In this document: positions 52,882 through 62,547 of the stretch, one piece after another
How the letters are laid out: each line of letters starts with the position of its first letter
How positions within the stretch are numbered: the first letter of the stretch is position 1
From: an uncultured delta proteobacterium
GTDB taxonomy: Bacteria; Myxococcota_A; Polyangia; Fen-1088
Assembly (NCBI GenBank): GCA_963796685.1
Contig: CAWCMR010000010.1
Coordinates: 151,943-215,942, forward strand
Direction of reading: 5' to 3'
DNA: 64,000 nucleotides
The notes under the pieces: generated by a model
The model's input: the letters and a program-made list of their open reading frames with translations, nothing else
Database searches by the model: none
Told to the model about the DNA's origin: nothing
Program-made: the position numbers and the translations under genes

Positions 52882-54066
52882 TCACGTTTCCCCCCAATCC
52901 AGCGGAAGGCCAACGTAGTTTTCGGCGAGGGACTTCGCCGCGGCTGACGAATGCGCGACGTACTCGAGCTGCGAGAGCTGAAGACGCTCACGGAACGGAT
53001 CCGTCCCTGGGAACCGATGCAGCATCGATGTCATCCACCAGGAGAAGTGTTCGGCGCGCCACACGCGTTTGAGGCAAGTGCGCGAGTAGCGTTCGAGCTC
53101 TGTGGCGCTACCGTTCCGATAGTGGGCGTCGAAGGCCCGGGCCAGAACGAAGGCATCAGCAACCGCCAGGTTGAGCCCCTTGGCGCCAGTCGGGGGCACG
53201 ATGTGTGCGGAATCGCCAACCAGGTAGAGGCGCTGGTACTGCATCGGCTCGACGACAAAGGCACGCATCCCTGTGATCGATTTTTCGAGGACCGAGCCGT
53301 CGTTGATGCGCCAACCATCGCCACCATCGAGTCTCGCGTGCAGCTCGCTCCAGATGCGGTCATCCGACCAGCTCGAGATGTCTTCGTCCGGGGCCACCTG
53401 AAGGTAGAGCCGGGTCACCTCCGGTGAGCGCATACTGAAGAGGGCAAAGCCGCGCTCGTGATAGGCGTAGACGAGCTCGTCTTGCACAGGCGGCGCCTGG
53501 GCCAGGATACCGAGCCAAGCAAAGGGATAGGTGTGCTCGATGACCGAGAGAACATCACTTGGGATCGCCTGTCTGGAGACGCCATGAAAGCCGTCGCAGC
53601 CTGCCACGAAATCGCAGGTGAGCTCGTGTTCCGTGCCGTCTGCGAGGAATCGAATGCACGGGCTTTCGCTGTCGAGCCCCCGCAGCCCAAGGGCTTCCAC
53701 CGAGAAATGGATAGCGCCGCCCGAACCAAGCCGTGCCCTGACGAAGTCTTTGACGACCTCCTGTTGTCCATACACGGTGATGGCTCTGCCGGTGAGCTCG
53801 CTGAATTCAATGTGATGCCTGCCGCCGCTGAAGCTCAGCTGAATCCCGTGATGGCGCATGCCTTCTCGCTGCATCCGTTCGCCAAGCCCGGTTTCGTTGA
53901 GCAGATCCACGGTGCTTTGCTCGAGCACGCCGGCGCGAACACGCCGCTCGATGTGCTCGCGGGTGTGCTTTTCGAGAATCACCGATTCGATTCCCTCGCG
54001 TTGCAACAGGTGCGCGAGCATGAGCCCGGCTGGACCGGCACCGATGATCCCCACTTGGGTTCGCAC
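52882..54066 (-). CDS. pobA: 4-hydroxybenzoate 3-monooxygenase
   Basis: IIGAGPAG, RAGVLE, YGQQEV, CDGFHG, HIVPPTGAKGLN and AENYVG motifs; GTG start. Confidence 0.95.
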   Translation of the reverse strand: MRTQVGIIGAGPAGLMLAHLLQREGIESVILEKHTREHIERRVRAGVLEQSTVDLLNETGLGERMQREGMRHHGIQLSFSGGRHHIEFSELTGRAITVYGQQEVVKDFVRARLGSGGAIHFSVEALGLRGLDSESPCIRFLADGTEHELTCDFVAGCDGFHGVSRQAIPSDVLSVIEHTYPFAWLGILAQAPPVQDELVYAYHERGFALFSMRSPEVTRLYLQVAPDEDISSWSDDRIWSELHARLDGGDGWRINDGSVLEKSITGMRAFVVEPMQYQRLYLVGDSAHIVPPTGAKGLNLAVADAFVLARAFDAHYRNGSATELERYSRTCLKRVWRAEHFSWWMTSMLHRFPGTDPFRERLQLSQLEYVAHSSAAAKSLAENYVGLPLDWGET

Positions 54067-54068
54067 GG

Positions 54069-54470
54069 TCAGCCTCCGCCCTTCGTGGGTTGCTGGTCGA
54101 TCTCCGTGAAGACGTCCGCTGCCGTGTGGAAGGCGCTGTTGGCGGCAGGCACCCCGCAATACACGGCGGTTTGTAGCAGCACCTCCTTGATCTCTTCGCG
54201 CGTGACCCCGTTGTTGAGGGCCGAGCGCACGTGCAAGCGAAATTCGTCGCCGCGGTTCAGCGCGACCATCATGGCAAGGCACAAGAGACTTCGGGTTTTC
54301 CGGTCGAGCCCTGGCCGGCTCCAGATTTCTCCCCAGGCATAACGGGTCAGCAAGTCTTGAAACTCGCCATTGAAGGCGGTGCGGCCCTGGATGCTCTTGT
54401 CGATGTAGTCTTCGCCGTGGACCTCACGGCGCACCTTCATGCCCTGAGCCAGGCGTTCATGCTCGTCCAT
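54069..54470 (-). CDS. pcaC: 4-carboxymuconolactone decarboxylase
   Basis: GMKVRREV, AWGEIWSRPGL and YCGVPAAN motifs. Confidence 0.93.
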   Translation of the reverse strand: MDEHERLAQGMKVRREVHGEDYIDKSIQGRTAFNGEFQDLLTRYAWGEIWSRPGLDRKTRSLLCLAMMVALNRGDEFRLHVRSALNNGVTREEIKEVLLQTAVYCGVPAANSAFHTAADVFTEIDQQPTKGGG

Positions 54471-56610
54471 GTCGGTTCTCCTGGGCCGAAAGGAAGTCGA
54501 CGACGCCGTGGTTGAAGGCGGACTCCGCTTCGACGTTGCACAGATGCGCGGCTTGGAGCTCGGCGTGTTTTGCGCCCGCGATCTGCTGCGCGAGCCAGCG
54601 ACCGTCCGACTGCGGCGTGGCCGCGTCGAGGGCGCTGGTGATCATCAAGGTCGGCACGCGAACGTTGGCCACGCTCTCGCGTAGATCGGCGTCGCGAACC
54701 GCCGCACACCCGGCGACGTATCCTGCGCAATCCGTCGCCAGCAACATACGCCTAAGCGGCTCTACCCGCTCGGGCGCCTGCTCGCGAAAGCGAACGGTGA
54801 ACCAACGCGCGAGCACGGTCTCGACGACGCTTTCCATCCCGCTCTTCTCGACGGCCTCGATGCGCGCGTTCCAGCCATCCGCAGTGCCAATGCGTGCGGC
54901 CGTGTTGGACAGGACCAGAGACTTCATCCGCGCGGGCGCGTTGGCACCCAGCCACAGTCCGACCATGCCCCCGAGCGATATGCCCACGAAATGCGCGTTC
55001 GTGGCCTCGATGGCATCCAACAACGAAAGTACGTCGTGACCGAGGCACGCGATGTCCACGGGTAGCGCTGAAAGCGAGGATACTCCGTGCCCGCGCATAT
55101 CGTAGCGGAGCACGCGGAAGGCGCGAGTGAGCGCCGCCATCTGGCCGTCCCACATCGCGAGCGAGGTGCCAAGGGAGTTGGCCAACACGAGGACAGGTGC
55201 TCGAGCGGGACCGTCCAAGCGAAAGTGAAGCGTTGCACCCGGGACCTCGATGGTCTGGACGGCCTTCCCGCCGGCGGGTCGCGACCGACACGAGGCCAAC
55301 GCACGGTCAATCCACGCGTCGGCGAGACCGAGGTACCTCGACGGATCGCAGAGCTGGTCGAGGTCCTCCGGCGCCAATCGGCGCGTGACCTCGAGGTCAT
55401 CGTCGAGCGCCCTTCGCAAGGGCTTCTTCTCTGCGGTCGCGCGCCGGCAGGCCTTTTCGACCAAGCTGTGCGCCGCGTTCCGATCCATGTGTCCGGCAAG
55501 CGCCAGCGCCACCGGCTCGGCCAAAACGAGGCCACCTGTGGCATCCAGGTTGGCGCGCATGCGCTCGGCATCGACCTCGATCCCCTCGCACACCTCCACG
55601 GCGTGTTCGAGTGCGCCCGCGGTTAGCCGACAGATTTCGGGCAGGGTCTCCCATTCCGCATGCCACCCTCCGAGGCCACGCTCGTGCTCTTGAGGCATGG
55701 CGGAAAGCAGCGTCGAGACCAAGCCTGGCACGCGCGCAGCAGCGGACAAGATGACGGCCGCGCCCACCGGGTTCTGCTTGTGGGGCATGGTGGAGGAGCC
55801 GCCACGACCTGGAGCACGGGGTTCGAAAGCCTCGGCGAGCTCGGCCTGCATGAGCAGCGAAAGGTCGCGTGCCATCTTGCCGAGGCTGCCAGTGAGCAGC
55901 CCGAGGGTTGCGCCGGCTTCGGCGATGCAATCACGGTGCGCGTGCCAGGGCAGGTCCGGAACCGCGAGCCCCAGCTCGAGGCCGAGACCTGTCGCCACGG
56001 CAAGCCCCTGCGTGCCCAGCGCCGCCAGCGTGCCCACGGCGCCGCCGAATTGGATGAACAGGACACGTGCGCGCAGGGCGGTCATGCGCTCCCGCTGGCG
56101 TTCGATCGCGCTCAGCCACCCCGCGGCCTTCAGTCCAAACGTGATCGGTGGGCCGGGTTGCAGCCAGGTGCGGCCGAGCTGAACGGTATGCCGGTGTCGC
56201 TCGGCGAGCTTGGCGAGCGCCGCCGACAACCGCTCGAGATCCGCATCGAGGAGGTCCAGCGCCGCGCGAAGCTGTAGAACCAACCCGGTGTCGATGGCGT
56301 CCTGGCTGGTGGCGCCCCAATGCACCCACCGGGCAGCCTCGGAATCTCGCTTGCCGACCAAATCTGTCAGCATGCGGACAACCGGGATGGCCAAGTTGCC
56401 GGCGACCGCGGCGTCTCGCGAGAGAGCCTCCACGTCGAAGAGCTCCGCACGGCACTCGGACGCGATGCTCTCCGCGGCCGTGCGAGGGATAATACCCAAC
56501 GCCGCCTCGGCCCGCGCCAGCGCTACCTCGAAATCGAGCAGCCCCTGAATACAGCCGCGAGCGGAGAACACCGAGGCCATCGCGGCCGTGGTGAAGAGTC
56601 CGTCCAGCAA
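54457..56610 (-). CDS. pcaB: 3-carboxy-cis,cis-muconate cycloisomerase fused to 3-oxoadipate enol-lactonase (PcaB-PcaD)
   Basis: HWGATSQD, GSSTMPHKQNP and EHERG, then in frame NSLGT, YDMRGHG, GISLGG and AAHLCN. Start approximate. Confidence 0.88.
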   Translation of the reverse strand: MLDGLFTTAAMASVFSARGCIQGLLDFEVALARAEAALGIIPRTAAESIASECRAELFDVEALSRDAAVAGNLAIPVVRMLTDLVGKRDSEAARWVHWGATSQDAIDTGLVLQLRAALDLLDADLERLSAALAKLAERHRHTVQLGRTWLQPGPPITFGLKAAGWLSAIERQRERMTALRARVLFIQFGGAVGTLAALGTQGLAVATGLGLELGLAVPDLPWHAHRDCIAEAGATLGLLTGSLGKMARDLSLLMQAELAEAFEPRAPGRGGSSTMPHKQNPVGAAVILSAAARVPGLVSTLLSAMPQEHERGLGGWHAEWETLPEICRLTAGALEHAVEVCEGIEVDAERMRANLDATGGLVLAEPVALALAGHMDRNAAHSLVEKACRRATAEKKPLRRALDDDLEVTRRLAPEDLDQLCDPSRYLGLADAWIDRALASCRSRPAGGKAVQTIEVPGATLHFRLDGPARAPVLVLANSLGTSLAMWDGQMAALTRAFRVLRYDMRGHGVSSLSALPVDIACLGHDVLSLLDAIEATNAHFVGISLGGMVGLWLGANAPARMKSLVLSNTAARIGTADGWNARIEAVEKSGMESVVETVLARWFTVRFREQAPERVEPLRRMLLATDCAGYVAGCAAVRDADLRESVANVRVPTLMITSALDAATPQSDGRWLAQQIAGAKHAELQAAHLCNVEAESAFNHGVVDFLSAQENRHGRA

Positions 56611-56676
56611 GCGGGGTTGATCAATCGCGTGAGCGCTGGCGGGCTTTGCCCGACTGCGCTCGACCGCGGGGGATAT

Positions 56677-56699
56677 AAAGGACCCTCCCAGGGTCCTTT
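56677..56699 (-). terminator. Perfect hairpin right after pcaG (partial terminator or mRNA-stabilising stem)
   Basis: AAAGGACCCT-ccc-AGGGTCCTTT; weak U tract. Confidence 0.5.
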
Positions 56700-57289
56700 T
56701 AATAATCGAAGAAGGCGGTTTCATGAGGTCCTTGCAGGACAATGTTCCAGTCGAAGACCTCGGGCTGGCCAGTCCGCTGTTCTGCGATTAAGGTGCTGCG
56801 CCTCGGTGCAGGCACGCACCCAAGCACCAGATCCTCCTCGTTCGAGGGCTCGTCGGAGAAATAGATGCGGGTCACCGCCTGGCGCAGGAGCCCGCGCATG
56901 AAGACCGACACTAGAATATGCGGCGCTTGCTTCGCACCATCCGGCGCGGGCACACGACCCGGCTTCACGGTGGTGAAACGGAAGGCGCCGTCGTCGTTGC
57001 TGGGCACGCGCGCGAAGCCACGAAAGCCCGGAGTTCGCGACTTGTCCTTCAGGTCGTCCGGATGCGCGTACTTGCCGTTTGCGTCCGCCTGCCAAATTTC
57101 GATCAGGGCGTCGGTCACGGGCACACCGTCGCCGTCCAGGACGCGGCCCTCGACGACGATGTGGCAGCCAACTGCATTCGCATCGGCGACCTGATCGGTG
57201 AACAGCCGGCGGAGGCCGATGTGAAAGTAGGGACCGGCGGTTTGCGAAACCGTCGCCTGAAGGGATGCGGCTGTGTCTTCATTCGCCAT
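56699..57289 (-). CDS. pcaG: Protocatechuate 3,4-dioxygenase alpha subunit
   Basis: SQTAGPYFHIGL, EIWQADANG and QAPHI…RGLL motifs. Confidence 0.94.
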   Translation of the reverse strand: MANEDTAASLQATVSQTAGPYFHIGLRRLFTDQVADANAVGCHIVVEGRVLDGDGVPVTDALIEIWQADANGKYAHPDDLKDKSRTPGFRGFARVPSNDDGAFRFTTVKPGRVPAPDGAKQAPHILVSVFMRGLLRQAVTRIYFSDEPSNEEDLVLGCVPAPRRSTLIAEQRTGQPEVFDWNIVLQGPHETAFFDY

Positions 57290-58004
57290 GGCCAAGGTTC
57301 TCCATGGGTGTCCAATTCCGTCCGCGTAGCACGATGTCGAAACGGTAGCCGAGGGCCCAATCCGGCTGGGTGGCCTCCCAGTCGAATCCGGCGATCAATC
57401 GATCCCGGGCGCGCTCGTCGGACACGCAGTTGAAGATCGGATCGGCGGCGAGCAATGGATCGCCTGGAAAATACATCTGGGTGATGAGACGGGTGAGGAA
57501 GGATGGACCGAAGAGCGAGAAGTGAATGTGCGAGGGACGCCACGCATTCGGGTGATTGCGCCACGGGTAGGCACCGGGCCGGATGGTGACAAAACCGTAG
57601 CGGCCCTCGTCGTCGGTCAGGGTGTGGCCGCAGCCGGTGAAATTGGGATCGAGTGGGGCGTCGTGGTTGTCATGGCCATGCAGGTAGCGTCCGGCGGCGT
57701 TGGCCTGCCAGATCTCCACCAGCGTGCGACGCAACGGTCGGCCGTTCTCGTCGAGCACCCGGCCGACCACGACGATACGCTCGCCGATGGGCGCGCCACC
57801 ATGTTGGCGGGTGAGATCCTCGGCTCCCGGCACGACCCAATCGGCTCCCGGCGAAAAGCCCGTGGTCTCCGAAAGCGTGTGCGGCAATTTGACGAGCGGT
57901 TGGGTTGGCGCCCGCTTCTGCGTCGCCTTGTAGGGCAGGTGCAGGTAGCCAGGTTGGGTGCCGGCCCCTGGGCGTCGATAAATTTCCTGATCCGCCACGC
58001 TCAC
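57279..58004 (-). CDS. pcaH: Protocatechuate 3,4-dioxygenase beta subunit
   Basis: [17 protein letters not shown] and WRPSHIHFS iron-ligand motifs; GTGA overlap with pcaF. Confidence 0.95.
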   Translation of the reverse strand: MSVADQEIYRRPGAGTQPGYLHLPYKATQKRAPTQPLVKLPHTLSETTGFSPGADWVVPGAEDLTRQHGGAPIGERIVVVGRVLDENGRPLRRTLVEIWQANAAGRYLHGHDNHDAPLDPNFTGCGHTLTDDEGRYGFVTIRPGAYPWRNHPNAWRPSHIHFSLFGPSFLTRLITQMYFPGDPLLAADPIFNCVSDERARDRLIAGFDWEATQPDWALGYRFDIVLRGRNWTPMENLGHGE

Positions 58005-59203
58005 ACCCTTTCCAAGATCACCGCGATACCTTGCCCGACGCCAATGCACATCGTGCACAAGGCGTAGCGGGCGCCACTGCGTTGCAGCTCGTAGGTGGCG
58101 GTGGTGGCCAGCCGAGCACCGCTGGCACCGAGAGGATGGCCGAGCGCGATGGCACCGCCGTTCGGGTTCACGAATGGGGCCTCGTCCGAGATGCCAAGCT
58201 CTCGCGACACCGCGAGGGCTTGGGCGGCGAAGGCCTCGTTCAGCTCGATGATGTCGATTTGGGCGAGCGCAAGACCTGCCAGCGCGAGCACTTTGCGGGT
58301 CGCCGGCACCGGCCCAATGCCCATGATTCGCGGCGGGACGCCGGCCACCGCGCTGGCGACCACCCGAGCACGCGGCACGAGCCCGAAACGTTTGGCCGCA
58401 GGCTCGGATGCCAGCAGCAGCGCCGAGGCGCCGTCGTTGAGCCCCGATGCATTGCCGGCCGTGACCGTACCGCTCTCGTTGACGATGGGCCGAAGCTTGG
58501 CGAGGGCGTCGAGGCTGGTGTCGGGCCGTGGATGCTCGTCCCGGTCGACGAGCACGCTGCCGCCCTTTCGGGGCACGTTGACCGGCACAATCTCATCGGC
58601 CAAGCGCCGTGCTTCGATGGCGGCGGCCGCGCGACGCTGGCTTCGCCAGGCGAAGGCGTCCTGGTCGGCGCGGGAAATCTTGCGCTCGCGGGCCAGGTTT
58701 TCGGCGGTCTCGGCCATGGTATCGACGCCGAATTGCGCCTGGATGCGTGGGTTGAGGAAGCGCCAACCCAAGGTCGTGTCCGCGAGCTCCAGGCTGCGCG
58801 AGAACGCGGCGTCGGGCTTGGATATGACGTAAGGAGCCCGCGACATGCTCTCTATACCGCCCGCCAGTACGAACGACGCCTCGCCGGTCTTGATGGCCCG
58901 GGACGCCAGGCTGACCGCTTCGAGGCTCGATCCACACAATCGGTTCACCGTGACACCTGGAACCGTTTCGGGCAGGCCGGCCAACAGCGCCGCCATGCGC
59001 CCCACGTTGCGGTTGTCCTCGCCGGCCTGATTGGCGCAACCGTAGATCACGTCGTCGAGCGCGGACCAATCCACCCTGGCGTTGCGCTCGATGAGCGCGC
59101 GAATGGGAAGGGCGGCGAGGTCGTCCGCGCGAACGGTGGACAACGAGCCCCCGTAGCGCCCGAAAGGCGTTCGAACGGCGTCGCAGATGAAGGCGTGCTG
59201 CAT
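58001..59203 (-). CDS. pcaF: 3-oxoadipyl-CoA thiolase
   Basis: [32 protein letters not shown] and CIGVGQG motifs. Confidence 0.94.
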   Translation of the reverse strand: MQHAFICDAVRTPFGRYGGSLSTVRADDLAALPIRALIERNARVDWSALDDVIYGCANQAGEDNRNVGRMAALLAGLPETVPGVTVNRLCGSSLEAVSLASRAIKTGEASFVLAGGIESMSRAPYVISKPDAAFSRSLELADTTLGWRFLNPRIQAQFGVDTMAETAENLARERKISRADQDAFAWRSQRRAAAAIEARRLADEIVPVNVPRKGGSVLVDRDEHPRPDTSLDALAKLRPIVNESGTVTAGNASGLNDGASALLLASEPAAKRFGLVPRARVVASAVAGVPPRIMGIGPVPATRKVLALAGLALAQIDIIELNEAFAAQALAVSRELGISDEAPFVNPNGGAIALGHPLGASGARLATTATYELQRSGARYALCTMCIGVGQGIAVILERV

Positions 59204-59205
59204 GT

Positions 59206-59856
59206 TCAACCCGTGGCAAGATGAAGTGGCGCAGCGGTCAGCTGCGAAAGCGCTTCCAAAGAAAGGCCTTCGACCATTTCGATGACCGAGAGCCCCTGGG
59301 AGGTGACATCGATAACCGCGAGATCCGTGTAGATTCGCTCCACACAGGCGATCCCCGTGAGCGGACACGTGCAGCGCCGGACGATCTTGCTCTCGCCCGT
59401 TTTGGTGGTGTGCTCCATCATGACGTAGATGTGGCGCGCGCCGATGGCCAGATCCATCGCCCCGCCTACGGCGGGGATCGCATCGGGAGCCCCGGTGTGC
59501 CAATTGGCCAAATCGCCCTGTGCGGACACTTGAAAAGCGCCCAGCACGCATACGTCGAGCCGACCACCGCGCATCATGGCGAAGGAGTCTCCGTGGTGAA
59601 AGAACGCTCCGCCGGTCCGCATGGTGACCGGCTGCTTTCCCGCGTTGATGAGGTCTGCGTCTTCCTCCCCGGGGGACGGGGCAGGGCCCATGCCGAGGAT
59701 GCCATTCTCGCTATGCAGGATGATCTCGCGGTCCGATGGCAAGAAGTTGGCCACCAGGGTCGGCAGGCCGATGCCGAGGTTCACGTACATCCCTTCCCGG
59801 ATGTCCGCGGCTACCCGGGCGGCGATCTGTTCACGGGTGCGACGCCTGAAGCCCAT
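59206..59856 (-). CDS. pcaJ: 3-oxoadipate CoA-transferase subunit B
   Basis: [14 protein letters not shown] and GGAMDL motifs. Confidence 0.92.
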   Translation of the reverse strand: MGFRRRTREQIAARVAADIREGMYVNLGIGLPTLVANFLPSDREIILHSENGILGMGPAPSPGEEDADLINAGKQPVTMRTGGAFFHHGDSFAMMRGGRLDVCVLGAFQVSAQGDLANWHTGAPDAIPAVGGAMDLAIGARHIYVMMEHTTKTGESKIVRRCTCPLTGIACVERIYTDLAVIDVTSQGLSVIEMVEGLSLEALSQLTAAPLHLATG

Positions 59857-59861
59857 CTCGC

Positions 59862-60542
59862 TTAGGCGGCGGTGGCCGCTCCTCCGACTTGCACCAGGCG
59901 ATGCACGAAGATTCCGGGCGTGATCACCGCTTCCGGATCGAGCGCACCGAGCTCGACGATCTCGCCGACCTGCGCGATGGTGTGGCTCGCGGCCGTGGCC
60001 ATGATGGGCCCGAAGTTGCGCGCTGCCTTTCGGTAGATCAGGTTTCCCCAGCGGTCGCCTCGGTGCGCCTTGATGAGGGCGACGTCGGCATGGAGTGGAA
60101 ACTCGAGCACGTAGTTGCGCCCGCCGATGTTGCGGGTCTCTTTCCCCTCGGCGAGCAGCGTACCGTAGCCGGTGGGCGTGTAGAAGGCCCCGAAACCTGC
60201 GCCGGCCGCCTCGATGCGCGCTGCCAAATTGCCCTGTGGCACCAGCTCGAGCTCGACCTTGCCGGCCCGGTAGAGTCCGTCGAACACGTAGGAATCGGAC
60301 TGGCGTGGAAACGAGCAGACCATCTTGCGGACCCGCCCGGCCTTCAGCAGCGCTGCCAGGCCGTGCTCGCCATTACCAGCGTTGTTGCTCACCACCGTGA
60401 GCTCTCGGGCCCCCTGCGCGATCAGGGCATCGATGAGCTCACACGGGAGGCCGGCCGTTCCGAACCCGCCGATCATGACCGTCGCGCCGTCGCGGATGCC
60501 CGAGACGGCCGCGTCGACCGATGGAACAGTCTTGTCGATCAT
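59862..60542 (-). CDS. pcaI: 3-oxoadipate CoA-transferase subunit A
   Basis: IGGFG, NNAG, CSFPRQSDS, PQGNLA and ARNFGP motifs. Confidence 0.93.
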   Translation of the reverse strand: MIDKTVPSVDAAVSGIRDGATVMIGGFGTAGLPCELIDALIAQGARELTVVSNNAGNGEHGLAALLKAGRVRKMVCSFPRQSDSYVFDGLYRAGKVELELVPQGNLAARIEAAGAGFGAFYTPTGYGTLLAEGKETRNIGGRNYVLEFPLHADVALIKAHRGDRWGNLIYRKAARNFGPIMATAASHTIAQVGEIVELGALDPEAVITPGIFVHRLVQVGGAATAA

Positions 60543-60620
60543 GATTTCTCCATGCCCGTGACCTGCGCGCTCTGGAGCCCCTCTAGGCTGTTCTGATCCC
60601 CGCGCCCACCGTCGTCAAGG

Positions 60621-60655
60621 GCGATTATCACAATACTTGTGCGATTATCGGACAA
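60621..60655. promoter_or_regulatory. PcaR/PcaU/PobR-type operator
   Basis: TTGTGCGATTATCGGACAA (reverse complement contains GTCCGATAATCGCAC, matching the GTTCGATAATCGCAC box), plus a second GCGATTATC 20 nt upstream. Confidence 0.82.
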
Positions 60656-60671
60656 TGGTAAGATGGCCGAG

Positions 60672-61523
60672 ATGACTACGGCCAAGAGAACGAAAGCCTG
60701 GGCGGGAGCGCGCACCCAAGCGGTGGCGGCCCAAATACCCGAACCTTTGGCGGGGCCTGAGCGCCCGGGCGACGTCAACTTCATGGCCTCGCTTGCCCGA
60801 GGGCTGGAGGTGATACGCGCGTTCTCGGAGCGAGGTCGACGGTACACGATCGCCGACGTGAGCCGCATCGTGGCCTTCCCGCGCGCCGCCGTAAGACGGT
60901 GCCTCTACACCCTCGAACAGCTTGGCTATGTGGGCTCCGACGAGCAGGGCTTCTTCCTGCGACCGAAGATCCTGGCCCTGGGTTACGCCTACATTTCATC
61001 GAACCGGCTCGCGTCGTCGGCCCAGCCGCTGCTCGAACGGGTCTGCACGTTGGTCCAAGAAGCCTGCTCCCTGGCCACGCTGGATGGCGACGAGATCGTG
61101 TACGTCGCCCGGGCGACCACGGGCAAGCGAATCATGTCCATCGACATTTCGGTGGGGACGCGCCTTCCGGCGTACTGCACGTCCATGGGACGCGTGCTGT
61201 TGGCCCATCTGCCGCCCGTCGAGCTCGCGGCCTTCCTCGAGCGAGCCGAGCTACGCACGCTTACCGATCGCACGGTGAGCTTCCGGGAAAGGCTCGAGCA
61301 CATCCTGACTGGCGTCCGCAGCAGTGACCACTGCATCGTCGACCAGGAAGCTGAGATCGGCCTGCGCTCGATCGCCGTGCCTGTCTGTGACTCTACCGGC
61401 AGGGTCCTCGCGGCCATGAACGTCGGCACACAAGCCGCACGCTTCGGCATTCGCGAAATGGAGTCCAAGGTCTTACCGCCGCTGCGTTCGGCGGCCCAGG
61501 AGCTGGCCGGCATGCTGGCATGA
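60672..61523 (+). CDS. pcaR: IclR-family regulator, PcaR/PcaU type
   Basis: SLARGLEVI, RAAVRRCLYTL, GTRLPAYCTSMGRVLLA and EIGLRSIAVP motifs; divergent from pcaI. Start could be 60663. Confidence 0.9.
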   Translation: MTTAKRTKAWAGARTQAVAAQIPEPLAGPERPGDVNFMASLARGLEVIRAFSERGRRYTIADVSRIVAFPRAAVRRCLYTLEQLGYVGSDEQGFFLRPKILALGYAYISSNRLASSAQPLLERVCTLVQEACSLATLDGDEIVYVARATTGKRIMSIDISVGTRLPAYCTSMGRVLLAHLPPVELAAFLERAELRTLTDRTVSFRERLEHILTGVRSSDHCIVDQEAEIGLRSIAVPVCDSTGRVLAAMNVGTQAARFGIREMESKVLPPLRSAAQELAGMLA

Positions 61524-61551
61524 CACGCTGGCCGGCGAACGAACGGGCGAA

Positions 61552-62547
61552 TCAGCAGGGACCTCGAGAATGGCGCGTGTGACGCGCGCGACGGAAGGTA
61601 CGTTGCCACGCCAGCGCGGTGCCTGAGACTATCCCTCGCGGAAGGAACAGCACGGCCGTTGCGAGCAGGACGGCGTAGACGGCGTACGACAGAATGACCG
61701 GCAAGGCGTCAGGCATTCCGCTCATGGTCGCGAGCCGACTCAACACGTGGACCAGAAACAGGACGACGGCGCTCCCGACGATGGCGCCAGCGATCGTTCC
61801 GAGCCCCCCCACAGCGGCCATGACGAGGTACTCGATCGACAGGACGACCGGAAAGGAGCCCGGCGCAAGATAGCCGATGAAGGGCGCATAGATGCCCCCT
61901 GCCAGCCCCGCGAACCCAGCCGAGAGAGCAAACACCGCGAGCTTGTAGCGCCCGACCGGAATTCCGGAAGAGGCTGCGGCGATCTCGCTGGTCGACAACG
62001 CCCTCAAGGCACGGCCGGGTCGTGACGCGAGGATGTTGCGAGCAACGACCACAACGCCAAGCAGCGCGAACGAGCTCAGGTAGGCGTAGCTCCGGACCGA
62101 GCTGAATTCGAAACCGAGAATATGAAGTCTTGGAATCCCCTGAAGTCCCACGTCCCCGCCCGTAATTGTCATTTCACCGACGACGGACAAGAAGATGAGG
62201 TGCGTTGCGAGGGTCGCGAATGCGAGATGTTGGCCCCTGAGCGACAGCAGCGGAATGCCGATCACGAAGGCGAGCGCACCCGCGACGAGCGGTGCCGCAA
62301 GCAGCCCGACAAGCCCCGGGACCCCGTGCGTGGTGAGCACGCCTGTCGTATACGCCCCGCAAGCGTAGAAGGCTCCCTGACCGAGTGACACCTGGCCGGC
62401 TTGCCCCATCAGGAGTGAAACGCCGACGGTGACGATTGCGGCCAGCGCGAACAGGACGTAGAGCGAGAGGGAGCTGTCGTCGAGCAGCGCCGCCATGCCC
62501 ATCATACCCAGGAAGAATGCCAGCAAGGCGTAGCGTTCGGCCCGCAT
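61552..62547 (-). CDS. livM: Branched-chain-family ABC permease (LivM-like)
   Basis: GQVSLGQGAF, LRGQHLAFATLA and GGLGTIAG motifs. Confidence 0.85.
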   Translation of the reverse strand: MRAERYALLAFFLGMMGMAALLDDSSLSLYVLFALAAIVTVGVSLLMGQAGQVSLGQGAFYACGAYTTGVLTTHGVPGLVGLLAAPLVAGALAFVIGIPLLSLRGQHLAFATLATHLIFLSVVGEMTITGGDVGLQGIPRLHILGFEFSSVRSYAYLSSFALLGVVVVARNILASRPGRALRALSTSEIAAASSGIPVGRYKLAVFALSAGFAGLAGGIYAPFIGYLAPGSFPVVLSIEYLVMAAVGGLGTIAGAIVGSAVVLFLVHVLSRLATMSGMPDALPVILSYAVYAVLLATAVLFLPRGIVSGTALAWQRTFRRARHTRHSRGPC

